A stretch of DNA of 34,912 nucleotides, from positions 1-34,912 of the forward strand of contig JANPKR010000257.1 of assembly GCA_031426175.1 (NCBI GenBank), written 5' to 3'. Shown piece by piece: positions 9,293-19,683 of this stretch. The DNA is from Hydrogenophaga sp. GTDB lineage: Bacteria; Pseudomonadota; Gammaproteobacteria; Burkholderiales; Burkholderiaceae_C. A program made the position numbers and the translations under genes. Below the pieces are notes generated by a model. It saw only the letters and a program-made list of their open reading frames with translations, did not search any database and was not told where the DNA came from. Each line of letters starts with the position of its first letter. Positions within the stretch are counted from its first letter, which is position 1.

Positions 9293-9784
9293 ATGAACAC
9301 CCTCTCTGCCCACAACGTCGCCGCCCTCAACAGCTGCATGCCTGCCCGCGGATGGCGGCTGGATGCGCGCCGCGCGATGAGTCTGCGCCCGCAGGTGTCC
9401 AGCCGTCTGCACATCACCCAGGGCCGCGCCTGGGTGACGCTGGGCAAGGCGCACGAAGGCCCGGGCAACGAGTCGGGTGACCTGGTGCTGAACGCGGGTG
9501 ACAGCCTGGTGGTGCCCGCCGGTGCGCGACTGGTCATGGAGCCCTGGCAGCCCGGCGCCGACCCCGTGCGGTTTGACTGGTGCGCCGAGCCCCAGGCCCG
9601 CTTCCCGGAGCCCGCCGACCGGTTTGGCCGCGAGGTGTTGACACCGTCGCGTGAGCTCGGGGTCGCGCTGGGTCAGGCCGGTCTGGCGTTCGCGCGTTTG
9701 CTGCGCGGGCTTTTCGGCTACAGCGAGTTCCTCGTGGCCGGCCGGGGCAGGGTGCTCGCGCCCTTTGAATCCAACCCACCTTGA
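9293..9784 (+). CDS. DUF2917 (cupin-like) domain protein
   Basis: LHITQGRAWVT...GDLVLNAGDSLVV motif; AGGAG RBS; divergent from a GcvA-like LysR as is usual for this family. Confidence 0.8.
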   Translation: MNTLSAHNVAALNSCMPARGWRLDARRAMSLRPQVSSRLHITQGRAWVTLGKAHEGPGNESGDLVLNAGDSLVVPAGARLVMEPWQPGADPVRFDWCAEPQARFPEPADRFGREVLTPSRELGVALGQAGLAFARLLRGLFGYSEFLVAGRGRVLAPFESNPP

Positions 9785-9854
9785 GGTGGACCAGCCGCGC
9801 CCAGGGCAGCATGAGCGCCAGCGATTCGAGTGCTTCGTCCGGCAGAATGCGCCG

Positions 9855-10466
9855 ATGGCTCGACCCAAATCCGCTTCCCACGATCTCAAACGCGACGAAA
9901 TTCTCGACGTCGCGGCCAACTGTTTCGCGCGCCAGAGCTTCCCCGCCGCCAGCATGAACGACATCGCCGCGGCCTGTGGCACCAGCAAGGCGCGGCTCTA
10001 CCATTACTACGAGAGCAAGGAAGCGATCCTCTTCGACCTGCTCGACCGATACACCCAGCGCTTGCTGGCGCTCATCGGTGAATCCGAGGCGCGCGCGCAG
10101 CGCAAGAACCTGAGTGAACGCGATGCCTTGAGCGAACTGGTGCGCGCCTTCCTGGCCGAGTACGAGACCTCAGCCACGCGCCATGTCGCCCTGGTGTCCG
10201 ACACCAAGTTCCTCGGCGAGGTGCAGCGCGAACTCATCCTGAACCGCCAGCGCGACGTGGTCGCCGCCTTCACCCGCTTCCTCAAACGCGCTTACCCGGA
10301 GCGCGTGACGCGGGCCAACCAGACCGCGTTGACCATGATGCTGTTCGGCATGATCAACTGGACTTTCACCTGGCTTCGCCCGGGTGGCCCGATGAGCTAC
10401 AGCGCCTTTGCCGACGAGGTGGTCTCCATGATGGAACGGGGCCTTGCGAACCCTGCGCAAGGCTGA
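9855..10466 (+). CDS. TetR/AcrR-family regulator
   Basis: ILDVAANCFARQSF...SMNDIAAACGTSKARLYHYYESKEAIL HTH; C-terminal LFGMINWTFTW. Confidence 0.92.
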   Translation: MARPKSASHDLKRDEILDVAANCFARQSFPAASMNDIAAACGTSKARLYHYYESKEAILFDLLDRYTQRLLALIGESEARAQRKNLSERDALSELVRAFLAEYETSATRHVALVSDTKFLGEVQRELILNRQRDVVAAFTRFLKRAYPERVTRANQTALTMMLFGMINWTFTWLRPGGPMSYSAFADEVVSMMERGLANPAQG

Positions 10467-10472
10467 AGGCAG

Positions 10473-10506
10473 TTCACCTATGCGAAACGAATTTCGTTTA
10501 GGTAAA
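10473..10506. promoter_or_regulatory. Inverted-repeat operator upstream of the MBL hydrolase gene
   Basis: TTCACCTATGCGAAA-CGAA-TTTCGTTTAGGTAAA, 12/15 complementary arms, 30 bp before the ATG. Confidence 0.5.
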
Positions 10507-10535
10507 ATTTGTCACTTCCCCACACGGAGACCGCC

Positions 10536-11516
10536 ATGAGCAAAGCATTCGCCTCCCAGGCCGACCTGGACGACAAGAAAATCACCTTCGAACAGCTGAG
10601 CGCACACTGCTGGGCCTACACCGCCGAAGGAGATCCCAACTCCGGCGTGATCATTGGCGAGAAGTTCATCATGGTCAGCGACGCCACCGCCACCCCGGCC
10701 ATGGCACGCGACCTGATCCAGCACATCCGCACCGTTTCCGACAAGCCGATCAAGTACGTGCTGCTGACCCACTACCACGCAGTGCGCGTGCTGGGCGCCA
10801 GCGCCTACCTGGCCGAGGGTGCCACCGAAGTGATCGCCAGCCGCGGCACCTACGAGCTGATCGTGGAGCGCGGCGCGCAGGACATGCAAAGCGAGATGGA
10901 GCGCTTCCCACGCCTGTTCCGCGGCGCCGACAGCGTGCCCGGCCTGACCTGGCCCACCCTCGTCATTGGTGACGGCAAGCCGGGCCGCCAGGGCAGCCTG
11001 GAAGTGGACCTGGGCGGCGTGAAGGTCAGCATCTGGCACCCGGGCCCTGGCCACACCCGTGGCGACACGATTGCCTGGGTGGAAGAAGAAAAGGTGCTGT
11101 TCAGCGGTGATCTGGTTGAGTACGAGGCCGGCGTTTACACCGGCGACGCGCAGCTCGAAGAGTGGCCCGCCACGCTGGACGCGCTGCGCGCCCTGGGTGC
11201 CGAGTACATCGTGCCCGGCCGAGGCGAAGCCATGAAGGGCAACGCCGACGTGAACAAGGCGCTCGATTACACGAAGCGCTGGGTGACCACACTGTTCCAG
11301 GCCGGCAAGGAAGCGGCAGCCGCCGGCATGGACCTCAAGTCCGCGATGGCCCACACACGCAAGAGCATGGACCCGGTGTTCGGCCATGTGTTCATCTACG
11401 AACACTGCCTGCCGTTCGACGTGAGCCGCGCTTTTGATGAAGCCCAGGGCATCAAGAACCCGCGCATCTGGACAGCCGAGCGCGACAAAGCGATGTGGAG
11501 TGCGCTGCAGGCTTGA
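10536..11516 (+). CDS. MBL-fold metallo-hydrolase
   Basis: DPNSGVII, THYHAVR (variant of HxHxDH), GHTRGD, LFSGDL, VPGRG; GGAGA RBS before ATG 10536. Confidence 0.87.
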   Translation: MSKAFASQADLDDKKITFEQLSAHCWAYTAEGDPNSGVIIGEKFIMVSDATATPAMARDLIQHIRTVSDKPIKYVLLTHYHAVRVLGASAYLAEGATEVIASRGTYELIVERGAQDMQSEMERFPRLFRGADSVPGLTWPTLVIGDGKPGRQGSLEVDLGGVKVSIWHPGPGHTRGDTIAWVEEEKVLFSGDLVEYEAGVYTGDAQLEEWPATLDALRALGAEYIVPGRGEAMKGNADVNKALDYTKRWVTTLFQAGKEAAAAGMDLKSAMAHTRKSMDPVFGHVFIYEHCLPFDVSRAFDEAQGIKNPRIWTAERDKAMWSALQA

Positions 11517-11601
11517 GCCCGCTGCGCTCTTCGCAAATCCAGCCGCCTTCCGGCGCTTTTTGTTGCGCCGCGCTGCGATTCACGGCAGCCTGCCCCCCTC
11601 C

Positions 11602-12870
11602 ATGCCCACACACGCCATGCACCCCACCGCGGCCGACTGGGGCATCGTCGCCGTCTTCACCACCGTCTACCTGGGCATGTTCCTCGGCGGTCTGCCGCGC
11701 CTGAAGCTGGACCGCTCGGGTGTCGCGCTGCTGGGAGCCATTGCGGTGATCGCGCTGGGTGGTGTGGCCGTGGAAGACGCGGCGCGCGCGATCGACCTGC
11801 CCACCATCGTGCTGCTGTTCGCCTTCATGGTGATCTCGGCGCAGATGCGCCTGGGCGGCTTCTATGGTGCGGTGACGCGCCATGTGGGCGCCATGCCGTT
11901 GTCGCGCAACGGTCTGCTCGCGGCATTGATCGGCGTGGCCGGTGCGCTGTCGGCGGTGTTCTCCAACGATGTGGTGTGTCTGGCCATGACGCCTGTGGTG
12001 GCGCGGCTTTGCCTTCAACGTGGCTTGAATCCGCTGCCCTTCCTGATCGGTCTGGCCTGCGCGGCCAACATCGGCTCGGCCGCCACGCTGATCGGCAATC
12101 CGCAGAACATGCTGATCGGCTCGGTGCTGCAGCTCCCTTTTGCAGGCTATGTGCGGCAGGCGCTGGCGCCGGTGGTGATCGGGTTGGTGTTGTTGTGGGG
12201 CTGGCTGGCGTTCGGGCCGGGGGCGAAGGTGGGGAGCATTCACCCGGGCCTCTACCCGCAGGCGGGAGAGGGCGCAGACACGGAACCCCCGTTCGACACC
12301 TGGCAAACCGCCAAAGGCCTCGTGGTCGCTGGCGCGCTCATGCTGATCTTTCTGTTCACCGACTGGCCGCGCGATGTGGCCGCGCTGGTGGGGGCGGGCC
12401 TGCTGCTGCTGAGCCGACGCCTGCACACTTCGCATTTCATGGGGCTGGTTGACTGGCCCTTGCTGATCCTGTTCATGGGCCTGTTCGTGGTGAACCATGC
12501 GTTTGAATCGACAGGACTGGCGGCGCAGACCGTGGCCTGGCTGGGTGCGCAGGGCGTGGTTCTCACGGATCCCGGGCCGCTGCTGGTGGCGAGCGCACTG
12601 CTCTCCAACCTGGTGTCCAACGTGCCGGCCGTGATGCTGCTGCTGCCGCACCTGAGCGGCAGTGGACATGAGTCCGGCGTGATGCTCGCGCTGGTGACCA
12701 CCTTCGCAGGCAACCTGCTTCTGGTGGGCTCGATCGCCAATCTGATTGTTGCTGACCTGGCGCGCCAGCAGGGCATCGACATCGACTGGAAGCGTCACGC
12801 CGTCACCGGCATTCCAGTGACCCTGATGACGTTGGCGGTGGTTTGGGCGTGGCTGCGCTTTGTGGTCTGA
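11602..12870 (+). CDS. ArsB/NhaD-superfamily (SLC13/CitMHS-like) anion permease
   Basis: LSAVFSND, AANIGSAATLIGNPQN, LSNLVSNVPAV, GNLLLVGSIANLIV; polytopic. Start 11602 or 11617. Confidence 0.87.
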   Translation: MPTHAMHPTAADWGIVAVFTTVYLGMFLGGLPRLKLDRSGVALLGAIAVIALGGVAVEDAARAIDLPTIVLLFAFMVISAQMRLGGFYGAVTRHVGAMPLSRNGLLAALIGVAGALSAVFSNDVVCLAMTPVVARLCLQRGLNPLPFLIGLACAANIGSAATLIGNPQNMLIGSVLQLPFAGYVRQALAPVVIGLVLLWGWLAFGPGAKVGSIHPGLYPQAGEGADTEPPFDTWQTAKGLVVAGALMLIFLFTDWPRDVAALVGAGLLLLSRRLHTSHFMGLVDWPLLILFMGLFVVNHAFESTGLAAQTVAWLGAQGVVLTDPGPLLVASALLSNLVSNVPAVMLLLPHLSGSGHESGVMLALVTTFAGNLLLVGSIANLIVADLARQQGIDIDWKRHAVTGIPVTLMTLAVVWAWLRFVV

Positions 12871-12883
12871 TCAGCCGCGCGCT

Positions 12884-13804
12884 TCAACGCTGTGCGCTGA
12901 GCACGCGCAGGTCGTCTTCGTAACCCTTGAGCACACGCGCGGCGTTCGCGCGCTGTTCGCGTGTGGTCGAGTTGTGCAGCTGTGCGAACTGGGCACATCC
13001 CACGCGAACCAGTTCGTCTGCATAGGCCTTGTAGCCGGGCGCAGGTGACTCCACGATCCGTGCAATGTGCCCGCGCACACGTTCGGCGGCGGTTTCTGGC
13101 GCGGCTTGAGCGTCTTTCACCGTTTTCAACAGATCGGCCTGACGGCGCAACCGCTCGGCCTGGGTTCGTTGCGGGTCAAACGGCGAGGCCTTGATGTTGT
13201 TGCGCAGCAGCTCCTTTTGAGCACTGCTCAACGAGCCGTAGAGCATTTCGCTGCGGCTCAGTGCGCGATCAAAGCGCTTTTCGATGCGCGCATCTTCAGA
13301 TGTTTGAAGGAAGTCGTCTTCAAACTCCACGTTGCTTTTGGCCTGGCGGCTCTTGAGGTGTTCGAGTTGGGTGGCATCGAGTTGCAGGGCCAGGCGCGCC
13401 ATGGGCTGCACGCTGGCATCGGCCGCACGGTCGATGCGCTGACGGATCACATCAAACTCGGCGCACACCTGCGCGCCGGTCATGTCTTGCGCAGCCAGCG
13501 TTTGCCAGCGTTGAAGCAGCCCGGCGTAGACCGGCAGCTCGTTGGTTCGGTGCCATTGAAAGAACGCGTTGATGTCGCCGCGCACCGGTGTCGACTGGCC
13601 GCTGTTGAAATCGACGTGGCTGTCCAGCCACCAGTAGGTGGCGTTGTGCGCTTGGTTGTAGGCCAGCCGCGTGGCGGTGCAGGCCGTGAGGGCGGTGGCC
13701 ACAATCACCATCGCGCAGACCCGCACAGACCTCAGGGCGATAATCCGGCGCACGTGAGGCCCGGCAAGAACGCCGCGCAACGATTCCCCGAAAGAGGTGT
13801 TCAT
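12884..13804 (-). CDS. Putative lipoprotein (DUF6279-like)
   Basis: Lipobox LTAC followed by RLAYN...YWWLD..VDF...WHR..ELP.Y. Start uncertain (13804 or a downstream Met). Confidence 0.72.
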   Translation of the reverse strand: MNTSFGESLRGVLAGPHVRRIIALRSVRVCAMVIVATALTACTATRLAYNQAHNATYWWLDSHVDFNSGQSTPVRGDINAFFQWHRTNELPVYAGLLQRWQTLAAQDMTGAQVCAEFDVIRQRIDRAADASVQPMARLALQLDATQLEHLKSRQAKSNVEFEDDFLQTSEDARIEKRFDRALSRSEMLYGSLSSAQKELLRNNIKASPFDPQRTQAERLRRQADLLKTVKDAQAAPETAAERVRGHIARIVESPAPGYKAYADELVRVGCAQFAQLHNSTTREQRANAARVLKGYEDDLRVLSAQR

Positions 13805-15203
13805 GTCGTTCCCTGTGGATGTGGTGGTGATGGCGGCCGGCAAGGGCACGCGCATGAAAAGTCAACGGCCCAAAGTGTTGCACCGTTTGGGCGGCCGCGC
13901 ACTGGCCCAGCACGTGATCGACTGCGCAGCGCGGTTATCGGCGCGCTCGGTGGTGGTGATCACCGGCCACGGGGCTGAGCAGGTGGAAGCCGGCTTGCAG
14001 GCCCCTGCCACCACCGCGCTGCGCTTCGTGCGCCAGGAGCCTCAGCTCGGCACTGGCCACGCGGTGCAACAGGCCGCGCCCGTGCTGCCCGACGATGGCG
14101 TGACACTGGTGCTCTCGGGCGATGTGCCGCTGACCCGACCCGAGACCTTGCAGGCGTTGCTTTACCTGTGCGCGGGCGAGCGACTGGCCCTGCTCACGCT
14201 CGACATGCCCGACCCGGCGGGCTACGGACGCATCGTGCGCGCAGCCGATGCGTCGGTGCAGGCCATCGTGGAGCACAAGGACGCCAGCGACACGCAGCGC
14301 GCCATCACCGAGATTTACAGCGGCATCATGGCCGTACCCACCCTGCTGTTGCATGGCTGGCTGGCGCGGCTGGACAACCGCAACACCCAGGGCGAGTACT
14401 ACCTCACCGACGTGGTGAAGTTCGCGGTGGCCGATGGCCTGAGCGTGGCCGCGCACCGCATTCATGACGCGGTGCAGGTGGCCGGGGTCAACAGCCCTGT
14501 GCAGCTCGCCGAGCTGGAACGCGCCTACCAGCGACGCGTGGCCGATGCGCTGATGGAACAAGGCACCCGCCTGGCCGACCCCGCGCGCGTGGACGTGCGT
14601 GGTGAACTGGTGTGTGGCCAGGACGTGGAGATCGACGTCAACTGCGTGTTCGAAGGCCGCGTGGAGCTGGGTAGCGCTGTGCGCATCGGCGCGAACTGCG
14701 TGATCGCCAATGCCGTGATCGAAGCCGGTGCGGTGATCCATCCGTTCACCCACATCGACGGCGAGAAACTCGGCGTCAAGGTTGGGCCTGGCGCGCTGGT
14801 CGGTCCGTTCGCGCGGCTGCGGCCGGGCGCCGATCTGGGCCCCGAGGTGCATATCGGCAACTTTGTGGAAGTGAAGAACAGCACCCTGGCCGCTGGCGCG
14901 AAAGCCAACCACCTGGCTTATCTGGGCGACGCCACCGTGGGCGAGCGGGTGAACTACGGCGCGGGCAGCATCACCGCCAACTACGACGGTGCCAACAAGC
15001 ACCGCACGGTGATTGAAGCCGACGTGCACGTGGGCAGCAACTGCGTGCTGGTGGCGCCTGTGACCATCGGCGCAGGCGGTACCGTGGGCGGTGGTTCCAC
15101 CATCACCAAGGACACCGCGCCCGGTGCGCTGTCGGTGGCGCGCGGCAGGCAAGTCGGCATTGCCAACTGGCAGCGGCCGCAGAAAAAGAAACAGGCTCCC
15201 TGA
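13803..15203 (+). CDS. glmU: Bifunctional UDP-GlcNAc pyrophosphorylase / glucosamine-1-P N-acetyltransferase
   Basis: MAAGKGTRMKS, QLGTGHAV, GEYYLTD, GPFARLRPG, GNFVEVKNS, ANHLAYLGDA, NYDGANKH. Confidence 0.98.
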   Translation: MSFPVDVVVMAAGKGTRMKSQRPKVLHRLGGRALAQHVIDCAARLSARSVVVITGHGAEQVEAGLQAPATTALRFVRQEPQLGTGHAVQQAAPVLPDDGVTLVLSGDVPLTRPETLQALLYLCAGERLALLTLDMPDPAGYGRIVRAADASVQAIVEHKDASDTQRAITEIYSGIMAVPTLLLHGWLARLDNRNTQGEYYLTDVVKFAVADGLSVAAHRIHDAVQVAGVNSPVQLAELERAYQRRVADALMEQGTRLADPARVDVRGELVCGQDVEIDVNCVFEGRVELGSAVRIGANCVIANAVIEAGAVIHPFTHIDGEKLGVKVGPGALVGPFARLRPGADLGPEVHIGNFVEVKNSTLAAGAKANHLAYLGDATVGERVNYGAGSITANYDGANKHRTVIEADVHVGSNCVLVAPVTIGAGGTVGGGSTITKDTAPGALSVARGRQVGIANWQRPQKKKQAP

Positions 15204-15212
15204 GGAGCCTGT
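15183..15212 (-). terminator. Intrinsic terminator for the DUF2726 gene, overlapping the glmU stop codon
   Basis: Stem ACAGGCTCC-CTGA-GGAGCCTGT (15191-15212) preceded on the + strand by AAAAAGAA, which is a U-tract on the - strand. Confidence 0.65.
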
Positions 15213-15235
15213 CAGATGGTGGTGCGGTGGCCGTT

Positions 15236-16024
15236 TCAGCGGCCGCCGCGCACGTCCATGGAGTCGAACCGGCTTTCACCCGGCGACTTGCTGTTGGGGC
15301 CACCCGCCTCGCCTCTGCGGGGCGCGTTGAAACCGCTGTTGCTGTACGCACGGCTGAAGCCACCGCGGCGGCTTTCCTGGTTCAGGTCCATCAGCCCGCT
15401 CAGACCCATGACTTCGGAATCGCGAAATGCGGTATTGGTGTTGATGGAGTCGAACTCCGAGAACTGGCTCTCCAATTGCTGGCGGCGGCTGTCCCGTGTT
15501 TCTTCCTTCTCTTTCACCAAGGGCTTCGGCAATTCAGCCAGGTTGAGCTGCTTGCGAAAGTCCGCCGGGGATGGCATGCGGTGCAGACCGTTCTTGAGGA
15601 AGACAAAGCGCACGCCAGCGGTCTTGAGGATGCGGTTCTTGAGCTTCACCATGTGGGCCTTGTGCCGGGCGTTGCTCAAGGGGTGCTGTTCGATGTCGAA
15701 GGCAAAAGTCGGCTTGCCGTCGTCGCCACACACCACAAAGTCCACCTTTTGCTTGTTCAGGCGGTCTTCAGCGCGTTTGCGGTTGCTGGCTCTGCGCACC
15801 GACAGCAGGTCTTTGAGCAGCAGGTTGGGCAGCACCACCTGGCCCGGGAAGGTGTCCTGCAGGTAGTCCAGCATCTGAGCTTGCTCGGGTGTCATCAAAC
15901 GCTCCGCGCTGTACCGGTCTTCCCGACCCGACGATTCGCCCGGGCCGCGAAAGCGCCAGACGGCCAGTGCCACCAGTCCCAGCACGGCCAGCGCTCCCAG
16001 CACAGCAATCCACGTCGTGTTCAT
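15236..16024 (-). CDS. DUF2726 domain membrane-anchored protein
   Basis: N-terminal TM; LMTPEQ...FPGQVVLP...KVDFVVC...FAFDIE...KNRILKTAGVRF (PD-(D/E)xK-like DUF2726 pattern); GGAG RBS. Confidence 0.8.
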   Translation of the reverse strand: MNTTWIAVLGALAVLGLVALAVWRFRGPGESSGREDRYSAERLMTPEQAQMLDYLQDTFPGQVVLPNLLLKDLLSVRRASNRKRAEDRLNKQKVDFVVCGDDGKPTFAFDIEQHPLSNARHKAHMVKLKNRILKTAGVRFVFLKNGLHRMPSPADFRKQLNLAELPKPLVKEKEETRDSRRQQLESQFSEFDSINTNTAFRDSEVMGLSGLMDLNQESRRGGFSRAYSNSGFNAPRRGEAGGPNSKSPGESRFDSMDVRGGR

Positions 16025-16186
16025 CAATAACTCCTAAGTACAGTCCGCCTTTTCACATCGGCCAAAAGCGAAGGTTGTTACATAAAGTATGTTTCGTCAA
16101 CTCATGGAAGTGGCAAGAAGTGCGCCAAGTGTGCGCTATGTATCAATTTTCTTCGCCAATCTGAGTACCAATGTGGTGCATTGAAG

Positions 16187-16684
16187 TCACGGGGTCAACT
16201 TGAGCGGCAGGCTCAGGCGTGGGTCGAATTTGGCGCGCTTGAGACTGAAGAAGGCTTTGATGTTGCGCACATTGGTGTCGCTGGTGAACAGTCGCTGAGC
16301 CAGCGCCAGGTAGTCCGGCATGTCGTGGCAATGCACCACAAGGATGAAATCCGGACCGGGGCTGACGCGGTAGCACTGTTGCACTTGCGTCACGGGCAGC
16401 ACGCGCGCTTCGAATGCGTCGAGCAGTTCGGTGCCCTGGCGCTCCAGCGTGATCTCCACCAATGCCGTGAGCCCGTGGCCCAGCACCGGCGCCAGGCGAT
16501 CGGCGCTCAGGATGGCCACTTCGCGCTCGATCAGCCCGAGCTGGCGCAGCCGTTTGGTGCGCCGCAGGCTTGTGGGCGGCGACAGGTGCGCCAGTTCTGC
16601 CAGCGTCTGGTTGCTCTGCGAGGCATCGGTTTGAAGCAGATCGAGCAGACGGAAGTCTGCCTCGTCGATGTTGATTTCTTCCAT
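16187..16684 (-). CDS. Lrp/AsnC-family regulator, divergent from glmS
   Basis: [34 protein letters not shown]...L..LGLI HTH; [14 protein letters not shown]. Confidence 0.92.
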   Translation of the reverse strand: MEEINIDEADFRLLDLLQTDASQSNQTLAELAHLSPPTSLRRTKRLRQLGLIEREVAILSADRLAPVLGHGLTALVEITLERQGTELLDAFEARVLPVTQVQQCYRVSPGPDFILVVHCHDMPDYLALAQRLFTSDTNVRNIKAFFSLKRAKFDPRLSLPLKLTP

Positions 16685-16819
16685 ATCATTCGCAAGTTTG
16701 AACCAAATCATCTTGGTGGATCATGTGAGAAATTATTGCTGATTGATCGTGATATTTTGAAGTTTTATTTCAGGCAACAGTCACTAGCATCGGCACTTCA
16801 GCATTTTTCGGAGAGCAAC

Positions 16820-18688
<1,869 letters not shown>

Positions 18689-18720
18689 ACTGTTGGACGG
18701 TCGGTTGACTAGTGTTCCGA

Positions 18721-18780
18721 CCCAATAAAGTCGAAAACTAGTCAATAAAGTCGAAAACCGGAAAAAAGAGTCGAAAACCA
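18721..18780 (+). repeat. Three contiguous 20-bp TnsB-binding-site-like repeats
   Basis: CCCAATAAAGTCGAAAACTA / GTCAATAAAGTCGAAAACCG / GAAAAAAGAGTCGAAAACCA, starting 8 bp from the TGT terminus. Confidence 0.88.
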
Positions 18781-18867
18781 ATCTCTGGCTTGGATGCGGC
18801 ACAGTGACGAGTCTTAAGGTCACCCAAGCAACGCCCATGATGACTACCTGCGCGACGAGGCGAGTTG

Positions 18868-18944
18868 AATGGCTCTTTTGCAGCGGTTGCTGCCGTTCGA
18901 GTTTTCAACGTGAATGCCCTTGGCGTGCCGGATTGCGATCACTC
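18868..18944. repeat. Left copy of a degenerate palindromic repeat (two ~30-bp imperfect palindromes)
   Basis: GCAGCGGTTGCTGC (18880) and GCGATCACTC (18935) recur as GCAGCGATTGCTGC (29365) and GCGGTCACTC (29420) with the same 55-nt offset. Confidence 0.45.
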
Positions 18945-19013
18945 CTATTCATGCATCGTGGTAATGCGCAGAGACAGGTTTCAGGCGCGCAGTTGACATT
19001 GCTAGAGAGTTGA

Positions 19014-19226
19014 CAACAGCGTGCAGAGATCTGCAAGCTCGACGAGCAAGACTGCAGCAGCATCAAGCATGGTGCGATCAATCACCTGGGCGTGTCGCCA
19101 GCGTTGATGGCTTACCGCGAGCACAAGGCCATGCTGGGCAAGACTTAGGCCGGCGAGAAGTTCCCGGCGGTTGTGATGATGGGGGCTGGCTGGATGGTGG
19201 TCCCCGACATCAAACCAGGCAAGTGA
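19014..19226 (+). pseudogene. Gene remnant (C-terminal fragment with an internal stop), family not recognised
   Basis: Frame QQRAEICKLDEQDCSSIKHGAINHLGVSPALMAYREHKAMLGKT*AGEKFPAVVMMGAGWMVVPDIKPGK* has GC3-rich codons, TAG at 19146-19148 and no start codon; hairpins follow immediately. Confidence 0.45.
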
Positions 19227-19229
19227 TGG

Positions 19230-19300
19230 TGAGTGGCTGACCCGCCCTGGGTCAGCCACTCAGTCGGGATCGCTGTTTGCAGGTGATCCCGTCCTTTTTG
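19230..19300 (+). terminator. Tandem hairpins / terminator between the remnant and convergent sorU
   Basis: Perfect 14-bp stem TGAGTGGCTGACCC-GCCCT-GGGTCAGCCACTCA (19230-19262), then CGGGATCGC...GTGATCCCG followed by TCCTTTTTG. Confidence 0.6.
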
Positions 19301-19335
19301 TCAGTTGGCGCAACAGCGCTGTGGCCAACCAGCCA

Positions 19336-19683
19336 TCACTTTGATCCACCCGAAGCCTTGGCCACGTAGGCCGCCAGGGCGGCAATTTGCGCATCACTGA
19401 GTTTGCCGTTGTAGGACGGCATCTGCCCAATGCCGTTGCGCAGCGCGGTGGCCACGCGCTTGGCATCGGGCTTGAGCTCGTCCAGGCTGGGGCCCACGGC
19501 GCCTTCGGCTCCCGCGTCCTTGAGCGCATGGCACAGGGCGCAGGCAGGCACCGCGCCTTGGCCGAACAACACCTTGCCTTGTTGAAGTTGCGCGGCATCG
19601 TCGGCGGCGTGCACGGGCAGCACTGTGAATGCCAACGACCACAGGGCAGCGACCAACGCGTGTTTTTGGATTGTGCGCTTCAT
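19336..19683 (-). CDS. sorU: Monoheme cytochrome c, SorU-type electron acceptor of sulfite dehydrogenase
   Basis: Signal peptide (VHA-A), PACALCHALKDAG..GAVGPSLDELKP, NGIGQMP axial Met; ATGA overlap with sorT. Confidence 0.85.
   Translation of the reverse strand: MKRTIQKHALVAALWSLAFTVLPVHAADDAAQLQQGKVLFGQGAVPACALCHALKDAGAEGAVGPSLDELKPDAKRVATALRNGIGQMPSYNGKLSDAQIAALAAYVAKASGGSK

Noticed and set aside
16181-16819. Apparent N-terminal extension of GlmS (835-aa ORF)
   Set aside because: GlmS needs Cys at the mature N-terminus (MCGIV at 16820, with an RBS). The extension is antisense to the Lrp gene.
16685-16819. glmS ribozyme or other riboswitch upstream of glmS
   Set aside because: The region is short and AT-rich and is shared with a divergent gene. 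No ribozyme core was seen, and this RNA is mainly found in Gram-positive bacteria.
18691-18693. Alternative TGT terminus 2 bp after the glmS stop
   Set aside because: Wrong distance from the TnsD site. Only the TGT at 18713 puts CAATAAAGTC at positions 11-20 as in Tn7.
18721-18780. 20-bp periodic repeats as a mini-CRISPR or iteron array
   Set aside because: There are no spacers and no cas or rep gene. Position and sequence match Tn7-type TnsB sites.
18801-18820. Possible fourth TnsB site (ACAGTGACGAGTCTTAAGGT)
   Set aside because: Only the GAGTC core matches and it is out of phase; too weak to call.
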